From positions 1,248,001 through 1,312,000 of the forward strand of contig CBDCOX010000002.1 of assembly GCA_965219995.1 (NCBI GenBank): a stretch of 64,000 bases of DNA. Direction: 5' to 3'. The stretch's first letter is position 1. The number at the start of each line of letters is the position of its first letter. The notes under the pieces were generated by a model. It ran no database searches and was not told where the DNA came from. It saw nothing but the letters and a program-made list of their open reading frames with translations. The stretch comes from Candidatus Latescibacterota bacterium (GTDB taxonomy: Bacteria; Latescibacterota; UBA2968; GCA-2709665). This document shows positions 40,294-50,957 of this stretch, one piece after another. The position numbers were made by a program, and so were the translations under genes.

Positions 40294-41460
40294 CTACGCC
40301 AGCTTCCTCGCGGCCGCTTCAAGGACTTCCGCCTTGTCCGTACGCTCCCAGGTAAACCCTTCCTCTTCCCGGCCGAAGTGTCCGTAGGCGGCAGTGCGTT
40401 TATACACCGGACGCAGCAGATTGAGAGACCGGATGATGCCGGCCGGCCGCAATTCGAAATGCGAACGGATCAACGTCGAAATGTCGGCTTCGCCGATCGT
40501 ACCCGTACCGAACGTATCCACCACGATGGACACCGGCTCCGCCACCCCGATGGCATAGGCCAGCTGCACCTCGCACCGGCTGGCGAGGCCGGCCTTCACC
40601 ACGTTCTTTGCGACGTATCGCGCGGCATAGTGCGCGCTCCGGTCGACCTTGCTGGGGTCCTTGCCGGAGAATGCCCCACCGCCGTGCCGCCCCACGCCGC
40701 CGTAGGTATCCACGATGATCTTCCTGCCTGTCAACCCCGTGTCTCCGTGGGGTCCGCCAACCACAAATCGCCCGGTGGGGTTGATGTGATAGACCGTGTC
40801 GCTGTCGAGGTAACGCGCCGGGATGACCTCTTCGACGACATGCTCGATCATATCACGGCGGATTCGGCTGTGGCATACGCTCGGGTCATGCTGGGTGGAA
40901 ATCACCACCGTGTGCACGCGCACGGGCGTGTCGTCGTCGTATTCCACGGTGACCTGCGACTTGCTGTCGGGGCGCAGATAGGGAAGCGTTCCGCTGCGGC
41001 GGAGCCTCGCCAGGCCCATCACCAGCTTATGGGACAACATAATGGGCATCGGCATCAACTCGGGCGTCTCCCGGCAGGCGTACCCGAACATCATGCCCTG
41101 GTCGCCCGCTCCCTGCTCATCGTGCAGGCCCTCGCCTTCCGTCACGCCTTGCGAGATGTCGGGCGACTGCGTATGCAGCGCGAGCAGCACGCCGCATGAG
41201 CGGTGGTCGAATCCGTACTCCGAATCCGTATATCCGATGCATCGAATAACGTCTCGCACAAGCTCCTGGATATCCACCCGGGCTTCTGTGGTCACCTCAC
41301 CCGATACGATCACCTGCCCCGTGGTTACCATGGTCTCGCAAGCGACGCGCGACCGGGGGTCCTCTGCCAGCATCGCGTCCAGGACCGCATCTGAAATCTG
41401 ATCGCAGATCTTGTCCGGGTGGCCCTCGGAGACCGACTCTGAGGTAAATAAGCGCCGCAT
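40294..41460 (-). CDS. metK: S-adenosylmethionine synthetase
   Basis: [35 protein letters not shown]. Confidence 0.97.
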   Translation of the reverse strand: MRRLFTSESVSEGHPDKICDQISDAVLDAMLAEDPRSRVACETMVTTGQVIVSGEVTTEARVDIQELVRDVIRCIGYTDSEYGFDHRSCGVLLALHTQSPDISQGVTEGEGLHDEQGAGDQGMMFGYACRETPELMPMPIMLSHKLVMGLARLRRSGTLPYLRPDSKSQVTVEYDDDTPVRVHTVVISTQHDPSVCHSRIRRDMIEHVVEEVIPARYLDSDTVYHINPTGRFVVGGPHGDTGLTGRKIIVDTYGGVGRHGGGAFSGKDPSKVDRSAHYAARYVAKNVVKAGLASRCEVQLAYAIGVAEPVSIVVDTFGTGTIGEADISTLIRSHFELRPAGIIRSLNLLRPVYKRTAAYGHFGREEEGFTWERTDKAEVLEAAARKLA

Positions 41461-41523
41461 CAATGCCTCTTTTCCTGACTTACGTGCTCAAATAATACCC
41501 GCGACCGCGGGAGTGCGCCCGTT

Positions 41524-43302
41524 TTATCGTTCAAGTCCTGCTGGCACTTCTTCCCGGTTGTCCTGGGTCTTCCGGGGTTGCACTTTCGCCAGCGCAGCGT
41601 ACAGGTATTCCCGAATGGCGCCCCGGGTGGGCAGGGCCAGCACCTCGTCGGCCAGCCCTCTCGCCTCTGCCATGGTGATCGACCGAATCGCCTGTTTGAT
41701 CTCCGGAACCATGCGCGGGCCGACGCTGAATCCATCCACCCCGAGCCCCATCAACAGAACGCAACTGTGCGGGTCGCCAGCCATCTCGCCGCAGACGGTT
41801 ACCGGGATGCCGTTCCGGTGCCCTGCGTCCACCACGGACTTGATCAGGCGCAATACGGCGGGATGAAACGGATCGTACAGGTAGGCCACCCGCTCGTTGC
41901 CCCGGTCCACCGCGAGGGTATACTGGACGAGATCGTTGGTGCCTATGCTGAAAAAACTTACCTCGCGCGCCAGCTGATCGGCCACTACGGCCGCGGAGGG
42001 CACCTCGATCACCGCGCCAATCTCGCATCCCTCGTCGAACGGTACGCCGGCCCGCCTCAGTTCGTCGCGGGCGTCATCCAGAACCGACTTGGCATCCATC
42101 AGTTCTTCCACGCCCGATATCATCGGGAACATCAGTTTCACGTTTCCGTGCGCGCTGGACCGGAGGATGGACCGCAACTGAATCCGGAACAGGTCTCTGT
42201 TGGCCAGGGAATGCCGGATGGCGCGCCAGCCCAGAAACGGGTTGGTCTCTTCGTCGGCATGCGAGGCCTGCTCCAGCTTATCGCCGCCCAGGTCCAGCGT
42301 GCGCACCACCAGCGGATGGGGCGCCATCTGTTCGGCAAGGCGTGTGTACGCCGCCGTCTGTTCTTCTTCTCCGGGCAGACTCGATCCGGCTAGGTAAAGG
42401 TATTCGGTACGGAACAGGCCGACACCCTCCGCGCCATACGCGAGTGCTGACCGTCCCTCTTCAGGCAGTTCGATGTTGCCCTGGAGGCACACGGAAACAC
42501 CGTCCAGGGTTTCGGCGGGCACGTCGGTGAACTTCAGCAACCCCTTCTGCAACTCCGTGAACCGGCTGGCTTCGGCGCGGTACCGGCCGAGCGTCTCCGA
42601 GTCAGGCCGGACAATGACCAGCCCGCGATTCCCGTCCACAACCGCTATATCGCCCGGTTCGGCAGATGCCAGGGCCGCCTCGACACCCACCACCGCCGGA
42701 ATCTCCAGCCCTCTTGCAATAATGGACGCATGCGACGTTGCCGCACCCGCTACGGTGACCACGCCCAGCACGCTGTCGCGCTTCATGCGGGCTGCCTGGG
42801 AGGGGGTCAGCTCGTGCGCGATCACGATTGCCGGGGCGGTCATCCCGTCCAGCAACGGGTCTTCCCGCCGGCGCAATCTCGCCAGAACGCGCTTCTCGAC
42901 GTCCAGGATGTCAGCGCGCCTGGCCCTGAAATGCGAGTCCTGAATCGCCTCGAATTGCCGGCGCACTTTCTGAAGGGTGAGCCAGAACGCATATTCCACG
43001 TTCACCCGATCCTTCCGGACCGAAGCCAGGGTGGGCTCCCGCAGGGCCGGGTCTTGCAGGATCATCAGGTGCGCATCGAATATCTGGGCGTGTTCCGCAC
43101 CCAGCTTCTCCTCGACCCGGGCGCGCGTGCCCTTCAGATCTTCCGCGACGGAAGCCAGCGCATCCTGAAACCGCCTCACCTCGCACTCGACCTCCTCGTT
43201 CGAGATGCGCCGGTAGTCCACCCACGGCTCTTCCGGGTCGTGAAGATAGACCGGACCGATGGCGATGCCATTCGACGCCTGGATGCCTTCCATTACCTTC
43301 AT
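41524..43302 (-). CDS. ptsI: PTS enzyme I (phosphoenolpyruvate-protein phosphotransferase)
   Basis: TSHASIIAR, GVGLFRTE, RTLDLGGDK, SIGTNDLVQY, CGEMAG. Confidence 0.93.
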   Translation of the reverse strand: MKVMEGIQASNGIAIGPVYLHDPEEPWVDYRRISNEEVECEVRRFQDALASVAEDLKGTRARVEEKLGAEHAQIFDAHLMILQDPALREPTLASVRKDRVNVEYAFWLTLQKVRRQFEAIQDSHFRARRADILDVEKRVLARLRRREDPLLDGMTAPAIVIAHELTPSQAARMKRDSVLGVVTVAGAATSHASIIARGLEIPAVVGVEAALASAEPGDIAVVDGNRGLVIVRPDSETLGRYRAEASRFTELQKGLLKFTDVPAETLDGVSVCLQGNIELPEEGRSALAYGAEGVGLFRTEYLYLAGSSLPGEEEQTAAYTRLAEQMAPHPLVVRTLDLGGDKLEQASHADEETNPFLGWRAIRHSLANRDLFRIQLRSILRSSAHGNVKLMFPMISGVEELMDAKSVLDDARDELRRAGVPFDEGCEIGAVIEVPSAAVVADQLAREVSFFSIGTNDLVQYTLAVDRGNERVAYLYDPFHPAVLRLIKSVVDAGHRNGIPVTVCGEMAGDPHSCVLLMGLGVDGFSVGPRMVPEIKQAIRSITMAEARGLADEVLALPTRGAIREYLYAALAKVQPRKTQDNREEVPAGLER

Positions 43303-43382
43303 CGGTATGCAGCCCTTCGAGTGGGAGAGAACCTCGCAATGCCGGGCGGCGGATTCCGGAAACCGGTCTCCAGTGCGAAACG

Positions 43383-43643
43383 TCAATCGAATTTGCCTTC
43401 GATCATCCGCACGATTACATCGAGCGCTTCCTCTTCATCCGGGCCCGCGGCGCGGACGCGAATTGTGGAATCCGTCTCCGCGGCAAGCATCATTACGCCC
43501 ATGATGCTCTTCCCGTTGACTTCGATCCCATCCTTGATCAGAGTAATCTCCGATACAAACTTTGCGGCCGCCTGCACAAGAAGGGCCGACGGCCGCGCAT
43601 GGATACCCAACCTGTTTTTTACCGTGGCTTGTCGTTCCGCCAT
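43383..43643 (-). CDS. ptsH: HPr phosphocarrier
   Basis: GIHARPSA, NGKSIMGVMML. Confidence 0.95.
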   Translation of the reverse strand: MAERQATVKNRLGIHARPSALLVQAAAKFVSEITLIKDGIEVNGKSIMGVMMLAAETDSTIRVRAAGPDEEEALDVIVRMIEGKFD

Positions 43644-43839
43644 AACCTGTTCGTATCGTTATGTCAGCCCATACAGGAAGGCTACAATCTATCTAAATCC
43701 CGCCATCATGTCAAGCGCCGCCGAGCCTGTCCGAAGCCGCCTCCACCTCCTCCATTCCCCCGCGGCCGCGCTGCCAGAAAAAAACCGCCAGGCACCTTCC
43801 TGGCGGCTGAGACCTCCCGGTACTCCGGCCGGCGGATTC

Positions 43840-44586
43840 CTACCCGCCGTGTACGGCGCCGGCAAACTCGCGCACCAGCGCCGGGTCCCGTCGGGCTTCC
43901 AGAATGCTGCCCACCACGACAAAGTCGGCGCCGGCCGCCGCTTTCGCCCCGGCATCGCCGGGTTTACGGATGCCTCCGCCGACGATCACCGGAATTGCGA
44001 CGTTTCCCGCAACCGCCGAAACCATGTCATCTGACACCATCCGTTCGGCCCCGCTGCCCGCGTCCATATAGACGCATTGCATCCCAAGGTACTGGGCGGC
44101 CAGGGCGTGCGCGGTCGCTATCTCCGGCTTGTCTCCGGGCATCGGTTTGGTGTTGCTGATGTACTCCGCCGTGGTCTGCCGGCCGGAATCCACCAGCATA
44201 TAGCCGGTTGAAATCGTCTCCAGGCCGTACGCCCTGACAATGGGCGCCGCTTTCACCTGCTGCCCGATCAACAGGTCCGGATTGCGCCCGCTGATCATGC
44301 ACAGAAAGAGAATGGCGTCGGCGGCCGACGAAACCTGGTTCATATCCGGACCGGGAAAAATCAGAACCGGAATTCCGATCGCGCGTTTGACCTCTCTGAC
44401 CACCCGGTCGAAATCGGTGTAGAGCAGAAAGCTGCCGCCAATCAAGAGGGCGTCGGCGCCGTTTTCGGCGCACATCACGGCCGTATGGACCACGTCCTGC
44501 TTGTCCATCCGGTCGGGATCCAGAAGGCATAAAAAGCCTGCGCCCCGCTGTCTGAGGACCCCATTAAGGTGGTCGTAGGTCGACAT
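43840..44586 (-). CDS. Geranylgeranylglyceryl/heptaprenylglyceryl phosphate synthase (group II-like)
   Basis: LLDPD, IGGS, FPG, ADAILF..ISGRNP, YMDAGSGA, IVGGGIR. Confidence 0.9.
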   Translation of the reverse strand: MSTYDHLNGVLRQRGAGFLCLLDPDRMDKQDVVHTAVMCAENGADALLIGGSFLLYTDFDRVVREVKRAIGIPVLIFPGPDMNQVSSAADAILFLCMISGRNPDLLIGQQVKAAPIVRAYGLETISTGYMLVDSGRQTTAEYISNTKPMPGDKPEIATAHALAAQYLGMQCVYMDAGSGAERMVSDDMVSAVAGNVAIPVIVGGGIRKPGDAGAKAAAGADFVVVGSILEARRDPALVREFAGAVHGG

Positions 44587-44596
44587 GAGCTCTGAC

Positions 44597-47218
44597 TTAC
44601 CTTGCCAATTGTGCACGAACAATGCCGGGAACCCGGGCGAGCGCGTCGGACATCTTCTCGGGATGCCTGCCCCCCGCCTGCGCGAGGTGGGGACGGCCGC
44701 CGCCGCCGCCGCCAACCAGTTCAGCCACCGCCTTGACAATGGGTCCCGCCTGCACGCCCCGCCGGATGAGGTCGTCCGTCACCACCGCGATCAGGGAGGC
44801 GTTTCCGTTCAAGGCCGCGCCCAGCACGCCCACGCCGGACCCCAGGGTTTCCCGAAGCCGGTCGCCCATTTCCCTGAATGCCTCCATGTCCGCCGGTTGA
44901 ACGGCGGTCGCCACCACCCGGACCCCGTCCACATCGACCGCTTCGCCGGCCAGGTCGCGCATCCGCTCCCCCGCCGACGCGCTCCGCAGGGATTGAACCG
45001 TCCGCTCGAGTTCCCGGTTTCGAGTGATCAACCGATTGACCCGATCGGGCAGCGCATGGGCATCCACGCTCATGAGACCCTCCAGAGCGGCGAGGGTGGA
45101 CCGCTGCTTTCCAATGAGCGCCTCAACGCCCGCCGCGGTGACAGCCTCCACCCTCCGGACGCCGGACGCCGTGCCCGTCTCGGCCGTCAGCTGGAGCATG
45201 CCGATCTGACCCGTGGATCCCACGTGGGTGCCCCCGCAAAGTTCCAGGCTGAAGTCCCCGACACGCACCGTCCGTACGACGTCTCCGTATTTTTCGGAAA
45301 ACAGCATGCGGGCGCCCATCCGACGGGCCTCATCGAGGCCGACCATTTCGGTTTCCACTGCGAGGTCGCGGCGGATGACCCGATTCACGAGTTGCACGAT
45401 CTGCTCCTGCTGATCCGGTGAAACGGCTTCGAAGTGATTGAAATCGAAACGCAGCCGGTCCGGCGCCACCAGCGAACCGGCCTGATTCACGTGGTCGCCG
45501 AGCACCTGGCGAAGGGCTTCGTGAAGCAGGTGGGTGGCCGTATGGTTGCGGGCGGTTTCCATCCGGCGACCGGCGTCGACACGCGCTTCCACGAGGGCGC
45601 CTTCCAGCGTGTCGGCGCTTCCCCGCGACAGACGCCCCCTGTGCACAATGCCCTCACCCGACCGGAACGTCTCGTCGACGCAGACCTCCAGGTCCCCGTT
45701 CCCGATGCGCCCCTGATCGCCTACCTGCCCTCCCGCTTCGGCGTAGAACGGCGTCTCCTGAAGATAGACGTCCACCCGCCCGTCATCCCCGGACTTCCAC
45801 GCCACGACGCGGGTATCGAGCACAAGACGCTCGTACCCGAGAAACACGGAGTGTTCATCGGGAAGGAAATCGTCCGAAACCGCCTCCTGAGACGCGAAGA
45901 CCCGGCGCCCCGCCTCCCGTGAGCGCGCCTGCTGGGCCGCCATCTCCTCTTCAAAACCTTGCAGGTCCACCGCCAGACCGCGCTCCGCGCCCATCAACTG
46001 GGTGAGGTCGATCGGAAAACCGTAGGTGTCATACAGGCGAAACGCGTCCCGGCCGGATATTCTGCCCTCGCGGGAGACGACTTCGAACATCTCCAGCCCG
46101 CGGTCGAGCGTCTTCCCGAACCCTTCTTCCTCGGACCGGATGACCCTGGATATATGCCCGGCCTGTTCCGCCACCTCGGGAAAAACGTCTCCCATGACCC
46201 GTACGACAACGGGCACCAGCCCGTGGATGAACGGATCGTGCATTCCCAGTGTGCGCCCGTATCGCGCCGCGCGTCTCAGGATCCGCCGGAGCACGTACCC
46301 GCGTCCCTCGTTGGAGGGCAGCACCCCGTCCGCGACGGCGAAACACAGGGTGCGGACATGATCGGCGATGACCCGCATGGCCACGAGGTTTTCGTCGTTG
46401 TACGGTCTCCCGCTGATCTCGCCGATCGCGGCAAGAATGGGCTGGAACAGATCGGTATCGTACGTGGACTCCACGCCCTGCAGCACGGTGCAGATGCGCT
46501 CGAACCCCATTCCGGTATCCACGTGCTTGTCGGGAAGCGGATGCAGCACGCCGTCGGCGTCGCGGTTGAACTGGATGAAGACCAGATTCCAGATTTCAAC
46601 CGAATCCGGCCCGTCCAGATCGGGTCCCTCGCGGTACCAGGACGCGGGATCGTCTCCCTGATAGTAATGCACCTCAGAACACGGCCCGCACGGGCCGGTC
46701 TCGCCCATCTGCCAGAAGTTATCGGTCTTGTCCAGCCGAAACACCCGGTCCGCCGGGAGGTCCGTTACCTCCGTCCACAGCGCTTCCGCCTCCTCGTCCG
46801 GCGCCAGTCCGTCGGCGTCGTCTCCTCCGAATACGGTGGCGCAGAGTCGGTCTTTGGGCAGCCCCCAGACCTCGGTCAGCAATTCCCACGCCCACGCGAT
46901 GGCCTCCCGCTTGAAATAGTCTCCGAACGACCAGTTGCCCAGCATTTCGAAAAACGTATGATGCTGAGCACTGAAGCCCACCTCCTCCAGGTCGTTGTGA
47001 TGCCCCGAGACCCGAATGCATTTCTGCGTATCCACCGCCCGCCGGTAGTCCCGGCGGCCGGTGCCCAGAAACACATCCTTGAACTGATTCATCCCCGCAT
47101 TGGTAAACAGCAGGGTGGCATCGTCCTGCGGCGCGACGGGCGCGCTCGGCACGATCCGGTGACCCCTCGCCTCGAAGAACCGCAGATAATCGGAACGTAT
47201 GTCGGTCGAAGTCTTCAT
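44597..47218 (-). CDS. alaS: Alanine--tRNA ligase
   Basis: LLFTNAGMNQFK, HHTFFEMLGNWSFGDYFK, NHTATHLL, ELCGGTHV, GGGGGRP. Confidence 0.97.
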   Translation of the reverse strand: MKTSTDIRSDYLRFFEARGHRIVPSAPVAPQDDATLLFTNAGMNQFKDVFLGTGRRDYRRAVDTQKCIRVSGHHNDLEEVGFSAQHHTFFEMLGNWSFGDYFKREAIAWAWELLTEVWGLPKDRLCATVFGGDDADGLAPDEEAEALWTEVTDLPADRVFRLDKTDNFWQMGETGPCGPCSEVHYYQGDDPASWYREGPDLDGPDSVEIWNLVFIQFNRDADGVLHPLPDKHVDTGMGFERICTVLQGVESTYDTDLFQPILAAIGEISGRPYNDENLVAMRVIADHVRTLCFAVADGVLPSNEGRGYVLRRILRRAARYGRTLGMHDPFIHGLVPVVVRVMGDVFPEVAEQAGHISRVIRSEEEGFGKTLDRGLEMFEVVSREGRISGRDAFRLYDTYGFPIDLTQLMGAERGLAVDLQGFEEEMAAQQARSREAGRRVFASQEAVSDDFLPDEHSVFLGYERLVLDTRVVAWKSGDDGRVDVYLQETPFYAEAGGQVGDQGRIGNGDLEVCVDETFRSGEGIVHRGRLSRGSADTLEGALVEARVDAGRRMETARNHTATHLLHEALRQVLGDHVNQAGSLVAPDRLRFDFNHFEAVSPDQQEQIVQLVNRVIRRDLAVETEMVGLDEARRMGARMLFSEKYGDVVRTVRVGDFSLELCGGTHVGSTGQIGMLQLTAETGTASGVRRVEAVTAAGVEALIGKQRSTLAALEGLMSVDAHALPDRVNRLITRNRELERTVQSLRSASAGERMRDLAGEAVDVDGVRVVATAVQPADMEAFREMGDRLRETLGSGVGVLGAALNGNASLIAVVTDDLIRRGVQAGPIVKAVAELVGGGGGGRPHLAQAGGRHPEKMSDALARVPGIVRAQLAR

Positions 47219-47275
47219 ATTCCGAAACGGTTTTGTTGACACGGGCGCCTGGGAATCGCGGCGCCCGATTCCGGC

Positions 47276-47815
47276 TCACGCCTCCGGTGCGCCGTCGCGT
47301 CCGCTTTCGCTGAATTCCAGCCAGGCCCGCTGCGCCGCCGCCTGCGCCACGGCCCCGAATCCGCGACGCCCCAGGAACCCGTACATTCTCGAGAGCGCCT
47401 TCCGCCTGTCGACGCCGTCGTATTGCCCGCGTCGTGACCTAAGAAGCTCCAATGCGACGGCTTCCGGGTCCACGTGGGCGAACACCTCATCCAGCGCTTC
47501 ATCGGCCGTAGCGGCGTCGATGCCCCTTTTCTTCAGATCGTGCCGGAGCAGGGCAGGGCCCGAGGGTCGACGACGCATGCGTTCTTCAACGAAGCGGAGG
47601 GCAAAATCCCGGTCGTCGACCAACTTCAGCCTGCCCAACACCTCGAGGGTCTGCTCGATCACGGACTCGTCAAACCCACGCCGGCGCAGCCTTTCTTTCA
47701 CTTCCGAGCACGAGTACGCCCGCGCGCTCAGCAGTCGAAACGCCGCGTTCTTCGCCTTTTCGACCTCGGTCTGTCGATCCGACGGCGAACGGGAATCCGG
47801 TTTCATCCGCGGCAC
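47276..47815 (-). CDS. recX: Regulatory protein RecX
   Basis: A.RLLSARAYS..E, LVDD..FA, FLGRRGF; lies downstream of recA. Confidence 0.9.
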   Translation of the reverse strand: MPRMKPDSRSPSDRQTEVEKAKNAAFRLLSARAYSCSEVKERLRRRGFDESVIEQTLEVLGRLKLVDDRDFALRFVEERMRRRPSGPALLRHDLKKRGIDAATADEALDEVFAHVDPEAVALELLRSRRGQYDGVDRRKALSRMYGFLGRRGFGAVAQAAAQRAWLEFSESGRDGAPEA

Positions 47816-47833
47816 CTCGATGACTGGATTTCC

Positions 47834-48862
47834 CTAACCGTCCGCCGCGCCGTTATCCGCCAGGCCCACGGCCTCGCGCACGCGGGTCTCGATCTCCGAG
47901 GCGAGCGCCGGATGCTCCTTCAAATGGTTCTTTACGTTTTCACGCCCCTGCCCCAGGCGGTCGTTGCCGTAGGAGAACCACGTGCCGCTCTTGTTCACGA
48001 TTCCGTGGAGTTCGGCAATATCCAGAAGACTGCCTTCTTTCGAGATGCCCTCTCCGAACATCAGATCGAACTCCGCTTCCTTGAACGGCGCGGCCATCTT
48101 GTTCTTGACGACCCGGACGCGGACCCGGTTGCCCGTGACTTCCTGGCCGTCCTTGATGGCCCCGATCCGACGGATGTCCATCCGCACCGACGCGTAGAAC
48201 TTGAGCGCGTTGCCGCCGGAGGTTGTTTCGGGATTGCCGAACATCACGCCGATCTTCATCCGGATCTGGTTGGTGAACATCACACACGTCTTGGACCTGC
48301 TGATCGAGCCCGAGAGCTTTCGCAGCGCCTGGGACATCAGCCGCGCCTGCAATCCCACGTGGGAATCGCCCATGTCTCCCTCGAGTTCCGCGCGGGGCAC
48401 AAGCGCCGCGACCGAGTCCACCACCACCGCGTCGAATCCGCCGCTGCGCACGAGCGTGTCGGTGATTTCAAGAGCCTCTTCACCGGTATCGGGCTGTGAA
48501 ATGAGCAGGTTCTCCAGATCGACCCCGATCCGCTCGGCGAGCTCTACGTTGAGCGCATGTTCCGCGTCGACGAACGCGCACGTGCCGCCGGTCCGCTGCG
48601 CCTCCGCGATGACGTGCAGGGTCAGCGTGGTCTTACCGGATCCCTCCGGGCCGTATATCTCGACGACGCGGCCCCGCGGCACGCCGCCCGCCCCAAGGGC
48701 GACGTCCAGCGCGAGCGCGCCTGTCGGAATCACTTCGACGGCCACCTGTCCGTCCTCCTCACCGCCCAGCCGCATGATGGAACCCTGACCGAACTGCTTT
48801 TCGATTTGCGAGATGGCCAGATCAATGGCCTTCTCCTTGCCGGCGCCATTCCGTTTCGACAT
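47834..48862 (-). CDS. recA: Recombinase RecA
   Basis: [38 protein letters not shown]. Confidence 0.98.
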   Translation of the reverse strand: MSKRNGAGKEKAIDLAISQIEKQFGQGSIMRLGGEEDGQVAVEVIPTGALALDVALGAGGVPRGRVVEIYGPEGSGKTTLTLHVIAEAQRTGGTCAFVDAEHALNVELAERIGVDLENLLISQPDTGEEALEITDTLVRSGGFDAVVVDSVAALVPRAELEGDMGDSHVGLQARLMSQALRKLSGSISRSKTCVMFTNQIRMKIGVMFGNPETTSGGNALKFYASVRMDIRRIGAIKDGQEVTGNRVRVRVVKNKMAAPFKEAEFDLMFGEGISKEGSLLDIAELHGIVNKSGTWFSYGNDRLGQGRENVKNHLKEHPALASEIETRVREAVGLADNGAADG

Positions 48863-48968
48863 CGCGTTGCCCCTCCTGACTGAATTTGCCCGTTGGATCA
48901 CGGCGCAGCCCACGGCCTGTGAGGAGCCCGATTCCCTGCGCCGAAACACATGCGAACGCCAACTGTGA

Positions 48969-48982
48969 CGAACATCCGTTCA
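48969..48982. promoter_or_regulatory. LexA SOS box (GAAC-N4-GTTC, Cheo-box type)
   Basis: CGAACATCCGTTCA about 110 bp upstream of the recA start. Confidence 0.7.
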
Positions 48983-49186
48983 TGAGTCAATAACCAATAC
49001 CGGATGGTGGGTGAAATTCCCCGGAAGAATCGGGGAAGCCGCGCGGTGTCCCGTCCCGGGATGGTGTGACCCGAACATGGGACGGAACACACGATGCACG
49101 AATTAATATATCCGCAGTCTGATGAGAAGTCAAGCCCTCCCCGGCTCGAAAAAGCCCCCCGGAGGTCGCGTTGCCGTTCGAACCGG

Positions 49187-49756
49187 TCAACCCGACGATC
49201 GCGACCCGGTTAGACGCGCACGTCCCAGCGCCTTATACACAGCGCCGCCCGACCTCAACTCGCTGCTGTACAACACGATACGGTCCGCGCCGAAGCGAAC
49301 CGACGGGACCGCGCCGGCCAGTCCCGCGGGCAGACGCACCGCGCCTTTTTTCGCGCGCGCAAGCGTCAGATGAGGATGGAACCGCCGCTCCTCCTTCTTG
49401 ATCCCGATCCTGCAAATCGTGTCCTCGAGGTCGGCCCGGAGCATGTCCAGAAGCGCGGTCTCCCCACCCACGTCCAGCCAGATCACCCTCGCGCGATCCG
49501 GGTTGGGTGCGCTCACGTCCGTGGTGTGCAACGCCATCGGCGGCGTCCGACCGGCCGCCGACCGCATGGCCTCCAGGATGAGCGGCACCGAGGCCGATTC
49601 CACGTTACCCAGGAACTTGAGGGTGAGATGCATGCCCTCCTGCCTCACCCACCTGAGCCGCGCATCCAGGTCTGCAAGACATCTCCGCGCGGCCGCACAG
49701 GCCGGGACCACCGCCCTTGGGAGTTCAACGGCCACAAATGCGCGCAACGTCGTCAT
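49187..49756 (-). CDS. thpR: RNA 2',3'-cyclic phosphodiesterase (2H family)
   Basis: RAFVAV, HLTLKFLG, FHPHLTLAR. Confidence 0.9.
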   Translation of the reverse strand: MTTLRAFVAVELPRAVVPACAAARRCLADLDARLRWVRQEGMHLTLKFLGNVESASVPLILEAMRSAAGRTPPMALHTTDVSAPNPDRARVIWLDVGGETALLDMLRADLEDTICRIGIKKEERRFHPHLTLARAKKGAVRLPAGLAGAVPSVRFGADRIVLYSSELRSGGAVYKALGRARLTGSRSSG

Positions 49757-49813
49757 CGATGTCCCGTCCGTGAACAAGGTACAGGTCGGGCAGTCTGTTA
49801 CCGGGATGGTACG

Positions 49814-50275
49814 CTAACCGCTCCACAGGGCCAGGCCCGCCCGAATCAGGAGATTTCCGTAAATCCCCGCGATCACGTCGTCCATGACCACACCCCACCC
49901 TCCGGGCAGTTTTTCGGATGCCCTTGCAGGCGGCGGCTTCAGGATGTCCAGCACGCGGAAAATAAAAAATCCGGCAACCCCCACCCCTGGCGACAGCGGC
50001 AGGAAGGCTACCGTGAAATAGAACCCCGCAAACTCGTCGATGACCACCGGTCCGGGGTCCGGACCCCAGGCCCTTTCTCCCGCGGAGGCGGTACGGACGG
50101 CGACCGCAACCGTCAGGACCAGCAAAAGACACCAGGCAGGAAACCCGATCCCCGGCGCCAGGAAACAGGCCGCGAGGTACGGGACCATCGCCGCGGCCGT
50201 ACCCGCCGTGCCCGGCGCGACCGGGACGTATCCGGAGAAGAATCCCGTGGCGAGCACCCGGGTCCACAGATTCAA
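49814..50275 (-). CDS. pgpA: Phosphatidylglycerophosphatase A
   Basis: APGTAGT, DPGPVVIDE, FRVLDILKP, GVVMDD; TTG start after GGAGG. Confidence 0.9.
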   Translation of the reverse strand: MNLWTRVLATGFFSGYVPVAPGTAGTAAAMVPYLAACFLAPGIGFPAWCLLLVLTVAVAVRTASAGERAWGPDPGPVVIDEFAGFYFTVAFLPLSPGVGVAGFFIFRVLDILKPPPARASEKLPGGWGVVMDDVIAGIYGNLLIRAGLALWSG

Positions 50276-50306
50276 GTCGGCGGCCTCCGATCCCCGGTTC
50301 AGGCTG

Positions 50307-50957
50307 TCAGGCCTGGTCCCGGCCGTGTTCCACCAGATAGAGGACGCCCGACACGACCGCAAGCAGGGTAACCGCCGCCACAAGGACGTTGAGGACCATC
50401 TGCGAACCCGTATCCACGAGTACCAGAGGCTGAGAGGTCAGCTCAGCGGTTATCACGCGCACGTTGATGAAGACCAGGATGCCGAATGCCAGCACCAGTT
50501 GCAGCATGGTCTTCCATTTCGCCAGACGGGACGTGACCACCGGACATCCTTTGCGGATCGCGTACACCCGCAGGCAGGTGATCACGGCATCGCGGAACAG
50601 CATGGCGCCCACCAGCCATGCCTCGACCATCCCCAGGAGCACGAAGGAAATGAGGGCCGAGGAAACCAGCAGTTTGTCGGCAAGCGGATCCATGAACCGC
50701 CCGAGGCTGGTCACCGTCTTGTCGCGGCGCGCGAACCAGCCGTCGAAGAAGTCGGTCAGCGACGCCACGGTGAACACCAGCAGCGCGAGGATCTTGTTGA
50801 ATCCGCTGTCGGAAAAAATCAGCGCCAGAAAGACCGGGGTCAGGACAATCCTCAATCCGGTCAGGATATTCGGAAACGTGACCATCCGGTCGGCGGGCTG
50901 CGGCTTCGGCAGCCGGATCCCCTGCGGCCTGCCGCGAAGTGTATCGGTGCGGTTCAT
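50307..50957 (-). CDS. pgsA: CDP-diacylglycerol--glycerol-3-phosphate 3-phosphatidyltransferase
   Basis: PNILTGLR, TDFFDGWFAR, GRFMDPLADK, AKWKT. Confidence 0.9.
   Translation of the reverse strand: MNRTDTLRGRPQGIRLPKPQPADRMVTFPNILTGLRIVLTPVFLALIFSDSGFNKILALLVFTVASLTDFFDGWFARRDKTVTSLGRFMDPLADKLLVSSALISFVLLGMVEAWLVGAMLFRDAVITCLRVYAIRKGCPVVTSRLAKWKTMLQLVLAFGILVFINVRVITAELTSQPLVLVDTGSQMVLNVLVAAVTLLAVVSGVLYLVEHGRDQA

Noticed and set aside
38813-47239. Long antisense ORFs (e.g. 38813-40387, 42730-44034, 45959-47239)
   Set aside because: Shadow frames of well-conserved high-GC genes, with no recognisable motifs.
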